Numbered from the stretch's first letter, positions 1 to 9,930 are shown. The stretch: DNA of 25,017 nucleotides from a virus (IMGVR_UViG_3300008448_000586:1-25017); one strand, 5' to 3'. The notes: generated from the sequence alone by a model not told the origin. Numbers and translations: made by a program.

Positions 1-1
1 T

Positions 2-3000
2 CCCGGTGGTAAGGCCGACACTTCCCAGTTCGGAATGCGTGCCATTGGCGGTGCTGTTACTGGACTTGCTCAGGAAGTCGCGACGGCTCCGTTTTTGGGC
101 GCTGGTCCGATCATCAGGGAACTGACGACCAGCGCCGACAAGACACTGACTCCAGAGCGGATGATGGCGCTTGGAGAAGCCAGTGCTCAGGAGTTCGCAG
201 ATCGGTCATCTGGCGGGTTCATGTCGCAGGCGCTGTACGGCGCAACGACATCGTTGACCGGCAAGGCTGCTGCGATCGTGCGCGGTACGAGCATGGTCGC
301 TCCCGGCACTGGATTCGAGGCATTTGCTCGTGGAGCACAGGAAGTCGCGGCTCCTCGCCTTGATACGGTGACGACGAATGTCGCGTCTGCTGTCACGCAG
401 GGAGCGGCAAGTGTTGGCACTTACGCAATTGCTGGGCCGTGGGCGACTGCTGTGTCCACATTTGCCGAGGGTGCTGGTGCCCAGATGTACCAGTACGAGC
501 AGGAATATCTGGCCGGTGGTCTTGCCAAGCAGAAGGCGGGAGACGAACTCGACAGGTTCGATCAGTACCGATCCGCACTGCTGTCCGGTGTTGTGACATC
601 GGCATTCGAGACTTATGGCGGCAAGATGATCACTGGAACTGTTGGCCGTGCAGTTCGCAAGATGGATCTCAAGGTTGCCAATCCAGTCTGGCAGTTCACG
701 AAGCCATTTATTGGCGGCGCTGGAATTGAAGCGTTCGAGGAAGCCGGAACGCAATTGGTGTCCGAGCAGGCCATTCCGCTTGTAACCAAGCAGAAGCGTC
801 CAACGATCAATGAGTCCGCGTACAACGCCATGATCGCAGGTCTGTACGGCGCTGTCGGCGGCATTGGAGGCACCGCAGCCGCTCTGCCGGGAGCCATCGC
901 TGGTAGGCAGCAGCAGATTGCGCAACTGAACGATCGCCTGCGTAAGAGCAACACCGAGTACGCGCAGGATGATTTCTGGGACAAGGTGGCTCCAGCAAAG
1001 GTTCAGTCCATGATGGGCATGAACCAGCAGGAGCGCGAGGCCGAGATTGAGGCTACGCGAGAAGCCGCACTTCAGGCGATTCAGGCTCGCGAAACGCTGA
1101 AGCAGCAGGCCGCTATGGTTCAGAACGAGCGACGCGCTGCCGAACAGGATCTTGCCAAGGCGCGTCGCAAGAAGAAGGCCGATCTCGTTACTGCGGCAGA
1201 AACCAAGATTGCTGATCTGACTACCCAACTGGATGCGATGCAGCAGCCTCTTGCCGTTGCGGCTGCTGATGCGGCTGCGGCTGAACTCGCATACGACGCA
1301 TCGGTTGCATTTATGGCGCGTAATGCCGCGCCAGTTACGACAACCGTCGATGATTCTCTGCGCACGCAGAATGCGACCGCTGCACAGGCAAAGACCGACG
1401 CGGACAACAAGGCGCTCACCGAACTGACGAACCTTGGGTTTGATGTCCAGTTCTTCGAGGGCGGCAATCCAAACGCACCCGCCTATTACGACCCCGCAGT
1501 CCCAAACACCTTGTTTGTTCGCAACGGAACCACGAATGTTGCCGAGGTGATGGGCATCGCTTACGAAGAAGCACTGCATGGAATCCAATACTCTGATGGT
1601 CGCCTTTGGTCAGAACTCCGCCAGATGCCGGATGAGAGCGGCGTGGTGGAGTCCGCAGCCCGTTACTTCAACGAACAAGCCAATCCAGAAGATATCGCGG
1701 CTCGCGAGGCTCTGGAGAATGTTGCGAATCCGACCGGTGTGTCTGCCACTCCGGGTCAGGCTGTCACGCGCCGGTACGGGTCTGCACTCAATGTCAGCGA
1801 AGGCACCGCAAACGAACTGCGAGATGGCATCGAGACCTTGTTCCGAACCGGCGAGGCTCCCGGTCTTCTGGGATCTGTCATTGCGCGTATGGGATTGCGC
1901 GGCAGGCAGGCGGCAACGGCGTTCCGCATCCGGCAGAAGATGCTTGCGGCGAAATCCACACGACAGCGAACCGGCCTGTCGAAGTTCGGCACACAACTCG
2001 TCGAAGCGAAGACTGGTATTCAGGCGCGTGAAGAACTGAAGGCAGAAGCGCAGCGTCGCATGGCTGCAACATCGACCACCACCGCACCGGCTGCACCTGC
2101 GGCTCCGGCTACGCCATCGACTCCTGCTGGTCCAGTGTCTCCAGCACGCGCCCGACGCAGCGACATTGGTCACAAGCGCGAGAAGGCGACTGGTCGATAT
2201 GTCGGCGCTCCAGATTGGGTTGGTGGAGACCCAGCCAAACTGAAGCAGTTGCGAAAGAAGTTGCGCCAACTCGCTACGGAGGGCGAGGCTGGACGAATGT
2301 GGTACGAGAACTCCAGCAGGGCGATTCTGAAGATCGCCGGTGGAGACATCGACGAGGCTGAGAAGATCGTCGCACTGATTGCGATCTACTCGCCAAACGC
2401 CACTGTTCCAGCCAACACCTCTATGGCATTGACGGCCTACTTCCAGTGGAAGGCTGGTCAGGCGATCAACGCAGGATTCAGCAAGGCGGACGCGAAGGCT
2501 GAGGCTGTGCTTCGCAAGAACGAAGGCTGGAGCGGAGTGAAGACCAACTCGTTCTATCAGAACCTGATGGTTGAAATTGATCCGAAGCGCCTCGACGAAG
2601 GCGTTGCGACGATGGACATGTGGATGGCGCTGGCCTTTGACTACGGAGACAAGGCGCTCGATCAGGGTCCGAAGTATCGATTCTCAGAGCGCGAGATCCA
2701 GCGTCTGGCAGATGAACTTGGCTGGAAGGCGCATCAGGTTCAGGCGGCTATCTGGACGGCCATGAAGGGTCGCATTGATCCCATTCGCCCTGCACTGCGT
2801 GAAGAGGAACTCAAGCGCGGCATTGGCCGAATGGTCGAGAAGACCGATCCGAAGACCGGCAAGACGACGGAAGTGTATGAGATCGCTGCCGATCGACGGT
2901 ACGACCACTTCAAGTTGGCGCACCAGATGGGCATGGAGTATGCCCTGAACACGCAGGACATTGAGTCCAGCAAGTACGACTTCAGCGATGCGATCGAAGA

Positions 3001-6000
3001 GCGAATGGCTCAGATGTCGTGGGAGACCACACCGAGCACCGCGACTGGACGATCTCTCCCCGGCATTCACCGTGCGACTTTGGCGCAGAAGCAGGAGTAC
3101 CTGCGTGCGATGCTGGATGCGACGACCGTCAATGGCAAGGATGCCATTGCAGACATGGTCGGTCTGCCGCAGGAGTACAGGATCGAAGGGTTCAGCGCAT
3201 GGGATTCGGTCATCGGCGCAGGAATGCAGTCGATGTATCCGGTTGCGCTTGAGGGTGCGAAGGCCAAGCGAACTATCAAACCAGCGGCGAAGGAAGTACT
3301 GGAACTGATTGCTTCAATTCGCGGCTTTGTTTATGAGCAGGACGCTGTCCCATATCACACGCCGATCTGGGATGATTCCAAGATCCGGCATAACGGTGTT
3401 CAGATCACATCTTCACGGCCATTTACGGCTGATGAAATGCAGATGCTGTACGACGGTTTGATCAAGCAGTTCGGAACGAACCAACTTGCGCCGGGTTACC
3501 GGCTTGATGGTGTTCGCGTACTGAACTTCGTTGATAATCTTTCCAACAAGGATTTCCAAAACGGCATCAAACTTGTCGTAGATTCCTTGCCAGATGACTT
3601 CGGCGGTGGCATGCTTACCGTTGGATCGTTCCGAAGCGAAGGCGACTACATCTACAACGACTGGACAAAGGATTCCAATGGCGAAGGCTACATACAGAGA
3701 ATTACCTCCCGACGACCCGATCTTCTCACAAGGGTCAACGATCTTCGTGCCGTGGTCGAGCGCGTCAATTCCGACTTCGCGTCGCGATATGGTTGGGGAC
3801 CAGTCACCTCTTACCGAGGACAGCGAACCGGAACTGTTGTCTCCGGGTCCAGAGGATCTCGCAGCGCACAGGCAGTATTTGCAAGCAATCTCCGCATCGC
3901 GTCGGAATACGGCACGGCGATCGAAGGATCAAGCAGGCCAATCCGAGCAATCCACTTCTCAGCCCAGCCCAGAACAGCCCTAAAGAGCCGGTTCTATGGC
4001 ACCGGAATGCCGGGAGAGGAGCGGTCCTATGTTCGCATCAAGGACCGTGTGTACTTCTATGTCGATGAGGGCAATGGCGTTGTTCCTGAAGACATGGTCG
4101 GAGCACATGCGCACGGAGTGATTCTGCGTAATGTGTATTCGACCAGCACGGATCCACTTGGTCTCTACAGCGCCGCAGACGACAAGCATGACGATGATCG
4201 CACGATGTGGAACGCATTTGAGCGTTCCGTCGTTCGTGCCGGATTTGATGGCATCTATGTCAAGTCAGCGCAAGATGAGCAGGGCGTTGTGGTACTGCTT
4301 GGAAACCACACGGTAACGCCTGATTACTTCGGCATGGAGCGAGATTTGCGCGGCAAGAGTCGCGCACAGAAGCGTCCAATCTCTGCCGATTGGCAGGCCG
4401 TTGATGTTGCCTCATATGCGCGAGAGCGAACCGATACGCCAGAGTTCAAGGCATGGTTCAAGGACAGCAAGGTTGTCACTGCATTGGGCACACCGCGTGT
4501 CGTGTTTCACGGAACATCGAAGGATGTCGATTTCAAGTCATTCCGCGTTGGCGCTCGCGGCGCGTGGTTCACAACCGATGCTGAAGATGCCGGTTTCTAT
4601 GCTCACGAGAACGACAGCAAAAGTACGAAACTTGAGTGGGACGCAACTCGCGGTCGTTTGATCGGCAGAGACATCAATACGGCTTCTCGAATCTTCCCCG
4701 TCTACTTGTCTATTCAGAACCCGGCAACTATCACTGATCAGGAAACGAACGAAATGCGTATGGCCGAGAATTACCCGGCTGTGCAGCGTCGAGTATTTGA
4801 GAAGTATCGTCTTGCCGGTCACGACGGTATCGAACTTCCGTTCCCCGGAGGATCTGTCTGGGTTGCCTTCAAGCCAACCCAGATCAAGTCCATCTTCAAT
4901 CGCGGAACCTTCGATGTTTCTCAGACCAATGTGTCGTATGCCCGCCAGCGCGACGAAACTGCGCCGCCTGCACAGTTCCTCTCCGCTCTGAGAGAAGCAA
5001 TTAGGTCCGCACAGCCGGTCACTGGGACTTCACAGATGTGGTCGCAGTGGCTTCGCAGCATGGTGAACAAGGGTGTTGTCAAGCAGGACGAACTGTTCTG
5101 GTCTGGCATTGAACAGTGGATCAATCTGACTCCGCGCAAGATCAGCAAGGCAGATCTGTATGACTTCCTGAACAAGCAGGGAATGCAGATCACTACACGC
5201 AGCCTTCTCACCAAGCAGGATGTGCCATCAAATCAAGCGGTTGATTCGCGAGATCTGGCGCGGTATGGACCTGATTTGTTCCCGACTCAGACGCTGACAG
5301 CGTATCCGTTCTCGAATTACCGCGAGCACATCATGGTGATTCCGCAGCGGCGCGTTGATGGAGGAGTTACCACCGGGGAACAATTTCAGAAGCAGGGGGC
5401 CACGGTTGACATCATCGATTGGAACCCAGAAACGAAGAAGGCTAAGTTCAACATCTATTTCAACAATAGGATGGACTTCTACGGTGATGGCAATGTCGAT
5501 CCGATTTTTGAGTCAGAGCCGACAGAACTAGACATTCTGAATCGCTATGCGTTACGAATTGCTGGAACGCAGCGCGTAAGTCCTTCGGAGCAATTCACAT
5601 CCAGTCATCACGAATTTACTTCCACACCGGGTCAGGTGGTCGTTCATTACCGAACAACCGATCGCGAGATTGATGGCAAGTCATACCTGTTCGTCGAGGA
5701 ACTTCAAAGCGATTGGGCAGAAAAGGGTCGCTCCCTTGGCTTTAGAACTGGCACAGAGAAGCAAGAACTCAAGCGTGCCAGAGATGCCCAGTCTCAAACA
5801 CGGCGCATTTTGGATACCGCTCTGACCCAGCAGTTCTATAACGCGATCGATAAGTTGCAAGCCGCAATTCTCAAGTCAACGGCAAGTCAAATGGGAGAGA
5901 TCCCGCAAGACGATGGCTTCAATCGAGTACAGCGATTCAAAGCAACACTCAGAAACGACATCTTCGATGTCCTGACGCAGTTCAACAACAACAACTGGTA

Positions 6001-9000
6001 TCAACTGACACGACTATTGCAAGAGCGTGCCGGTCGAAACGCCGAGTACATCTTCGAGCAGGAACGCATTGGCGGATACTTCGATCTTCCAGATTTGAAG
6101 TCGTTTTTCACACCGCGTGAAACAGACATCATTCGTCGATATGCGTTTACGCAGAGCACATACGCTGGACGGTTCGAGACAACCGAGAAGATTCAAAAAC
6201 GACTTCCATCTGGACCATTCGTCAAGTCCACGGATCAGTGGGTCACACTGGGACTCAAGCAGATCATCATGCAAGCCGTCAACGAAGGTTACGACGGCGT
6301 GGCGTTCATCAACGGTGCGCAGTCTGCTAGTAGAAACGAAGCACGCGGAGAAGCGGAATCGGTTTCGTATGCACCGGCACGCACTCCTCAAGGCGATGTA
6401 ATTCCGAACAAGTATGAAATTGTCAGCATGGTTCTGGGTATGCCAACTGGTCCGGCTCAGAATCTGAGCATTGAACAGATCAGTGTCGCATTCGGCCCCG
6501 ATGTCGTGCAGATGATTCAGGCTGGGAGCGGTGCGCAATCGGCTGCCAATGCAGATGCAAAGATTCTGGGTAGGCCAGAAGGCTTTACAACGCGCATGGT
6601 CGGTGGATCACAGTGGTTTGACTACTACGACAAGATCGTTCGTCTCAATGCCCAGAAGTTGCTGCGGAAGATCGATGGCCCAGAGATCAAGACCGTGACT
6701 TTGAACGGAGCGTATGCACGAGATACGCAGATGGCGTTCGATATCACGAATGCGATGGAAACGAAGGTGCGTCGCGGCCTGACGATGTTTGCCCGCGCCC
6801 GTCGCGGTCAGGAGTCACTCGCGTTCCAGATGGGTCGCAGGAGTGGGCAGGTCGCTGGCATGATGCGTGGTCGCGAACAGGGCATCCGCGAGGGTGTCAC
6901 GCGCCAGAAGGCCGTCGAACTTGCAAAGCGTCGTGAGATGCGTGCCAAGTTTGCCCAGCGTGTGCAGCGTTTCGAGGATCGCATTGAACAGGACAGTGAC
7001 AAGATCGCTGGGTTGCGAGATCGCATGCGCGAGATGCGTGAACTGGCTCTTGATACGCGGATTCGCGACAGGACAGCGGCGCTTGACGCTGCGCGTCGGA
7101 AGGTGCTGAAGGCATGGTTTGCCGGTCAGTCCAAGGGAAGTCAGCAAGGTTTCAATCAGGCAAAGCGTGAGATGGTCGAGATGCGCCGAGACGCACTGGA
7201 AATCATCAAGATGCTGCCGAAGTCGATGCGATCGAATTACCTGAATGCGCTTACTGAAATGCGTACGGTTACTGGCATCTCAAAGATCGCACAGCGCGTT
7301 GTTCAGGATCTGGCTACGGCAGACGCTCTAGATGTCGTGAATCAGATTGGTGGCATGACAAAGCGCGTTCGGAAGGCTGGGCTGCGAAACGATACCCGCG
7401 ATGACATCAATGGATTGCTGGATTCTGCTCGGTCGTTGCTGGTGACTGGTCAGAAGAGACTGCTTCCGTTCACGACCACAGTGGATCTTCGCAATCGCAC
7501 TGCGGCAGCAATTGATTTGGTCGAGCAGGCTATTGGCATGTATGAGTCGGAGCGTCAGGAGTTCCGTGATTCGCGTGATGCTCGATCGATGGAGTTCGAT
7601 CAGGATGCTGGTGATCTTGCTACGACTCTTGCTGGTCAGCGTGGTCTTCCGAATGAGCGTTTGGCTAGCGAAGCGCCACGCCCCGGACTCGCTCGCCAAA
7701 TCATCTCTGGTATCGGAAACCTTGACATCTACTCGCTGATGCAGAGGCTGGAAGGATCCGAGACTGGCGTGCTTGGCAAGATCTGGTCGGGCCTGATTGC
7801 AGGCAAGGATGCCATGACCAAGCAGCGCCGTCGCATTGACAGTCGGATTGATGCCGCCCTGCGCCGCGCAGGATTCGATGGCTATGACGGGTATGCGGCA
7901 AGTGCTGCGGGCTTGTACGGAGATGCGACTGCTGAGACTGTCGAGGTTCAGATTGCCGGTGAAATGCGCCGCATTACCGTTGACCAGATGATGCATCTGG
8001 CTGCGCTTGATGATGAGACCGTTGCTGGTCTGCGCGATGAGTCTGATCCAGAAACACCGGCCAGCCCAATCGTCTTCGCCACCTATCGGTACGAAGATCC
8101 GATGTATCTGACCAAGCAGGAGCAGGCTGCAATCGTCGCCGGTCTGTCACCAGAACAGCGCACCCTGATCGCGGAGTTGAAGCAACTGCTGGAAACTGAG
8201 ATCCAGCCGACGCTGTTTGAGGTGCACTTCCAGAATGTCGGCAAGCAACCTGATCGCGTGGTCAACTACTTCCCGCGTCAGCGACTCGGCGACGAGGTAG
8301 CCGGTGAACTGGTGGATGTGAATCTCCAGCCGGGTCAGGTCGTTACCGGCATGCTTCAGAACGCAGGAATGCTCCAGACCCGTGTTGCTAGCCGTGCTCC
8401 GCTGGTGATCGGCGGGATGGTTCGCACGCTCGACGGGCACATCGACGAGGCTCTGCGGGTCATTCATCTGTCTGCACCATTGCGTCATGCTGTGACTGTG
8501 CTGCGTCGGCGTGGTGTGCGAGCGAACATCGAGCGCATCCTTGGCCGTGGCGCGAACGACGCGATCCGCAAGTTGGTGATGAACGGCGCTGGTATGAGTG
8601 GACGACCGACCGGCGACATCGTCGAGACGATCAACAGCAACATCAGCGGCGCTGTCCTGACCATGAATCCCAAGACTTGGATCAGGCAGTTGGGTGGCGC
8701 ATTCCGTTTGATGAGCGAGTTCCCGATGCAGCACTGGGCTGCTGGCATGGCGCGAACTATCGCGCTGTTGCCGTCTGACCGTGCTCGTCAGATTCGCGAA
8801 ATCGAAGATCGAAACGGGTACTTCTACGAGCGGCACCGTCGATCACAGGTTGGTCTGTTCGCGAATGTTCTTGGTGATCCAAAGGCAGGACGCGAGAAGT
8901 GGTCGGCTGCAATTGCGGCGATCGGTCGTGCTCTTTCGACGGCTGGTCAAGACATCGCGGCTGGACAGTGGATGCGAGCCGCCACCGATGTGAAGCAGGG

Positions 9001-9892
9001 AACGATGGCAGTCGGTCGCCTGATGCGATCCATCGATTCGGTCCTGCGTGGAGTCGATCGCCAGATCATGCTGGTCGCATACAACGCGGCACTGAGTCAG
9101 TTGGAGCAGTCTGGTGCCACCGGCACTGCGCTGCTGGATGCGGCTGGCAAACTGGCTGAACGGTCTTTCCGTCACACGCAGAATGTCAGCGATCCTCTGG
9201 ACGATACGGTGTTCGCTGCAAACCAGAAGTTCAACCGTGGTATGGCTCGCGTGATGTTCCCATTCAGCAGCGATCCACTCAAGGCATTCAACCAGATGCG
9301 ACAGGCTTTCGGTTCTGGTGATGTCTCTCAGGTCGCTTCGACCAGCGGTGCGGTTGCAGCCAATATCGTGTGGAGTGCGGCGGTCAATCCGATCTGGACG
9401 GCAGCGGCGCTTGGCATTGCGGCGGCGTTCGATCCGGGCGATGATGACGAGGCAACTATCGAACTGCTGAGGAAGCGCGAAGGCGATGCAATGATCCGTC
9501 GTATGGCCGCTGATGCAGCCGGTGTGTCGGCTGGCTATGTTGGATTGCTGGCCTCTGGGATCATGGAAGCCATGATGTCTAACCCCCTGTACGCTTCGGA
9601 TGCTGGAGAGCCTCTTGCTATCCGTGCGATGGGAGACCTAGCGGTTGCTGTCGGAAGCGGCAAGTACGGTTCGGCACTGGCTACATCGCTGCAAATGGCT
9701 GGCGTGCCGGTGATCACTCCGGGTGGTCAGATCATCTCAACGATTGCGGCAGTAAGGCCGGATCGCGACAAGTTGCTCAGCCAGTATCGGTTGATGAAGA
9801 AGGAAGGCCGAATCACGCCGGAACAAGAGGACAGGTTGGCGGAACTCTTGCAAGAACAACGACTTGCGAAGTTGGCCGAGCAAGCCAAGTAA
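2..9892 (+). CDS. Giant phage internal-virion/ejection-type 'polyvalent' protein (>3285 aa, probably 5'-truncated by the window edge)
   Basis: The frame is open from base 2 (PGGKADTSQFG-M35) to TAA 9890-9892. It has an Ala/Gly-rich hydrophobic N-terminus, coiled coils, a zincin-like segment (EEALH), a WYE..SP..GxKTNSFYxNL..TMDMW..QVQAAIW domain, two ART-like domains (HFS.., VFHGT..WFT..VYL..GHDGI..PTQIKS), an EELQSDW domain and a helical C-terminal region typical of large virion proteins. Confidence 0.85.
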   Translation, partial: PGGKADTSQFGMRAIGGAVTGLAQEVATAPFLGAGPIIRELTTSADKTLTPERMMALGEASAQEFADRSSGGFMSQALYGATTSLTGKAAAIVRGTSMVAPGTGFEAFARGAQEVAAPRLDTVTTNVASAVTQGAASVGTYAIAGPWATAVSTFAEGAGAQMYQYEQEYLAGGLAKQKAGDELDRFDQYRSALLSGVVTSAFETYGGKMITGTVGRAVRKMDLKVANPVWQFTKPFIGGAGIEAFEEAGTQLVSEQAIPLVTKQKRPTINESAYNAMIAGLYGAVGGIGGTAAALPGAIAGRQQQIAQLNDRLRKSNTEYAQDDFWDKVAPAKVQSMMGMNQQEREAEIEATREAALQAIQARETLKQQAAMVQNERRAAEQDLAKARRKKKADLVTAAETKIADLTTQLDAMQQPLAVAAADAAAAELAYDASVAFMARNAAPVTTTVDDSLRTQNATAAQAKTDADNKALTELTNLGFDVQFFEGGNPNAPAYYDPAVPNTLFVRNGTTNVAEVMGIAYEEALHGIQYSDGRLWSELRQMPDESGVVESAARYFNEQANPEDIAAREALENVANPTGVSATPGQAVTRRYGSALNVSEGTANELRDGIETLFRTGEAPGLLGSVIARMGLRGRQAATAFRIRQKMLAAKSTRQRTGLSKFGTQLVEAKTGIQAREELKAEAQRRMAATSTTTAPAAPAAPATPSTPAGPVSPARARRSDIGHKREKATGRYVGAPDWVGGDPAKLKQLRKKLRQLATEGEAGRMWYENSSRAILKIAGGDIDEAEKIVALIAIYSPNATVPANTSMALTAYFQWKAGQAINAGFSKADAKAEAVLRKNEGWSGVKTNSFYQNLMVEIDPKRLDEGVATMDMWMALAFDYGDKALDQGPKYRFSEREIQRLADELGWKAHQVQAAIWTAMKGRIDPIRPALREEELKRGIGRMVEKTDPKTGKTTEVYEIAADRRYDHFKLAHQMGMEYALNTQDIESSKYDFSDAIEERMAQMSWETTPSTATGRSLPGIHRATLAQKQEYLRAMLDATTVNGKDAIADMVGLPQEYRIEGFSAWDSVIGAGMQSMYPVALEGAKAKRTIKPAAKEVLELIASIRGFVYEQDAVPYHTPIWDDSKIRHNGVQITSSRPFTADEMQMLYDGLIKQFGTNQLAPGYRLDGVRVLNFVDNLSNKDFQNGIKLVVDSLPDDFGGGMLTVGSFRSEGDYIYNDWTKDSNGEGYIQRITSRRPDLLTRVNDLRAVVERVNSDFASRYGWGPVTSYRGQRTGTVVSGSRGSRSAQAVFASNLRIASEYGTAIEGSSRPIRAIHFSAQPRTALKSRFYGTGMPGEERSYVRIKDRVYFYVDEGNGVVPEDMVGAHAHGVILRNVYSTSTDPLGLYSAADDKHDDDRTMWNAFERSVVRAGFDGIYVKSAQDEQGVVVLLGNHTVTPDYFGMERDLRGKSRAQKRPISADWQAVDVASYARERTDTPEFKAWFKDSKVVTALGTPRVVFHGTSKDVDFKSFRVGARGAWFTTDAEDAGFYAHENDSKSTKLEWDATRGRLIGRDINTASRIFPVYLSIQNPATITDQETNEMRMAENYPAVQRRVFEKYRLAGHDGIELPFPGGSVWVAFKPTQIKSIFNRGTFDVSQTNVSYARQRDETAPPAQFLSALREAIRSAQPVTGTSQMWSQWLRSMVNKGVVKQDELFWSGIEQWINLTPRKISKADLYDFLNKQGMQITTRSLLTKQDVPSNQAVDSRDLARYGPDLFPTQTLTAYPFSNYREHIMVIPQRRVDGGVTTGEQFQKQGATVDIIDWNPETKKAKFNIYFNNRMDFYGDGNVDPIFESEPTELDILNRYALRIAGTQRVSPSEQFTSSHHEFTSTPGQVVVHYRTTDREIDGKSYLFVEELQSDWAEKGRSLGFRTGTEKQELKRARDAQSQTRRILDTALTQQFYNAIDKLQAAILKSTASQMGEIPQDDGFNRVQRFKATLRNDIFDVLTQFNNNNWYQLTRLLQERAGRNAEYIFEQERIGGYFDLPDLKSFFTPRETDIIRRYAFTQSTYAGRFETTEKIQKRLPSGPFVKSTDQWVTLGLKQIIMQAVNEGYDGVAFINGAQSASRNEARGEAESVSYAPARTPQGDVIPNKYEIVSMVLGMPTGPAQNLSIEQISVAFGPDVVQMIQAGSGAQSAANADAKILGRPEGFTTRMVGGSQWFDYYDKIVRLNAQKLLRKIDGPEIKTVTLNGAYARDTQMAFDITNAMETKVRRGLTMFARARRGQESLAFQMGRRSGQVAGMMRGREQGIREGVTRQKAVELAKRREMRAKFAQRVQRFEDRIEQDSDKIAGLRDRMREMRELALDTRIRDRTAALDAARRKVLKAWFAGQSKGSQQGFNQAKREMVEMRRDALEIIKMLPKSMRSNYLNALTEMRTVTGISKIAQRVVQDLATADALDVVNQIGGMTKRVRKAGLRNDTRDDINGLLDSARSLLVTGQKRLLPFTTTVDLRNRTAAAIDLVEQAIGMYESERQEFRDSRDARSMEFDQDAGDLATTLAGQRGLPNERLASEAPRPGLARQIISGIGNLDIYSLMQRLEGSETGVLGKIWSGLIAGKDAMTKQRRRIDSRIDAALRRAGFDGYDGYAASAAGLYGDATAETVEVQIAGEMRRITVDQMMHLAALDDETVAGLRDESDPETPASPIVFATYRYEDPMYLTKQEQAAIVAGLSPEQRTLIAELKQLLETEIQPTLFEVHFQNVGKQPDRVVNYFPRQRLGDEVAGELVDVNLQPGQVVTGMLQNAGMLQTRVASRAPLVIGGMVRTLDGHIDEALRVIHLSAPLRHAVTVLRRRGVRANIERILGRGANDAIRKLVMNGAGMSGRPTGDIVETINSNISGAVLTMNPKTWIRQLGGAFRLMSEFPMQHWAAGMARTIALLPSDRARQIREIEDRNGYFYERHRRSQVGLFANVLGDPKAGREKWSAAIAAIGRALSTAGQDIAAGQWMRAATDVKQGTMAVGRLMRSIDSVLRGVDRQIMLVAYNAALSQLEQSGATGTALLDAAGKLAERSFRHTQNVSDPLDDTVFAANQKFNRGMARVMFPFSSDPLKAFNQMRQAFGSGDVSQVASTSGAVAANIVWSAAVNPIWTAAALGIAAAFDPGDDDEATIELLRKREGDAMIRRMAADAAGVSAGYVGLLASGIMEAMMSNPLYASDAGEPLAIRAMGDLAVAVGSGKYGSALATSLQMAGVPVITPGGQIISTIAAVRPDRDKLLSQYRLMKKEGRITPEQEDRLAELLQEQRLAKLAEQAK

Positions 9893-9893
9893 G

Positions 9894-9930
9894 CGTGAGG
9901 ATCCGTGAGGATCCGTGAGGATCCGTGAGG
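9894..9930. repeat. 10-bp tandem repeat (CGTGAGGATC)x3.7
   Basis: Read directly: cgtgaggatc cgtgaggatc cgtgaggatc cgtgagg, immediately after the stop of the giant ORF. Confidence 0.95.

Noticed and set aside
206-9717. Many minus-strand and alternate-frame ORFs (e.g. 206..1588, 7328..7996, 8147..8836) inside the giant gene
   Set aside because: Antisense shadows of a GC-rich, codon-biased gene, with no RBS or recognisable motifs.
9894-9930. Tandem repeat as a CRISPR or mini-array
   Set aside because: Units are contiguous 10-mers with no spacers, and no cas genes are present.
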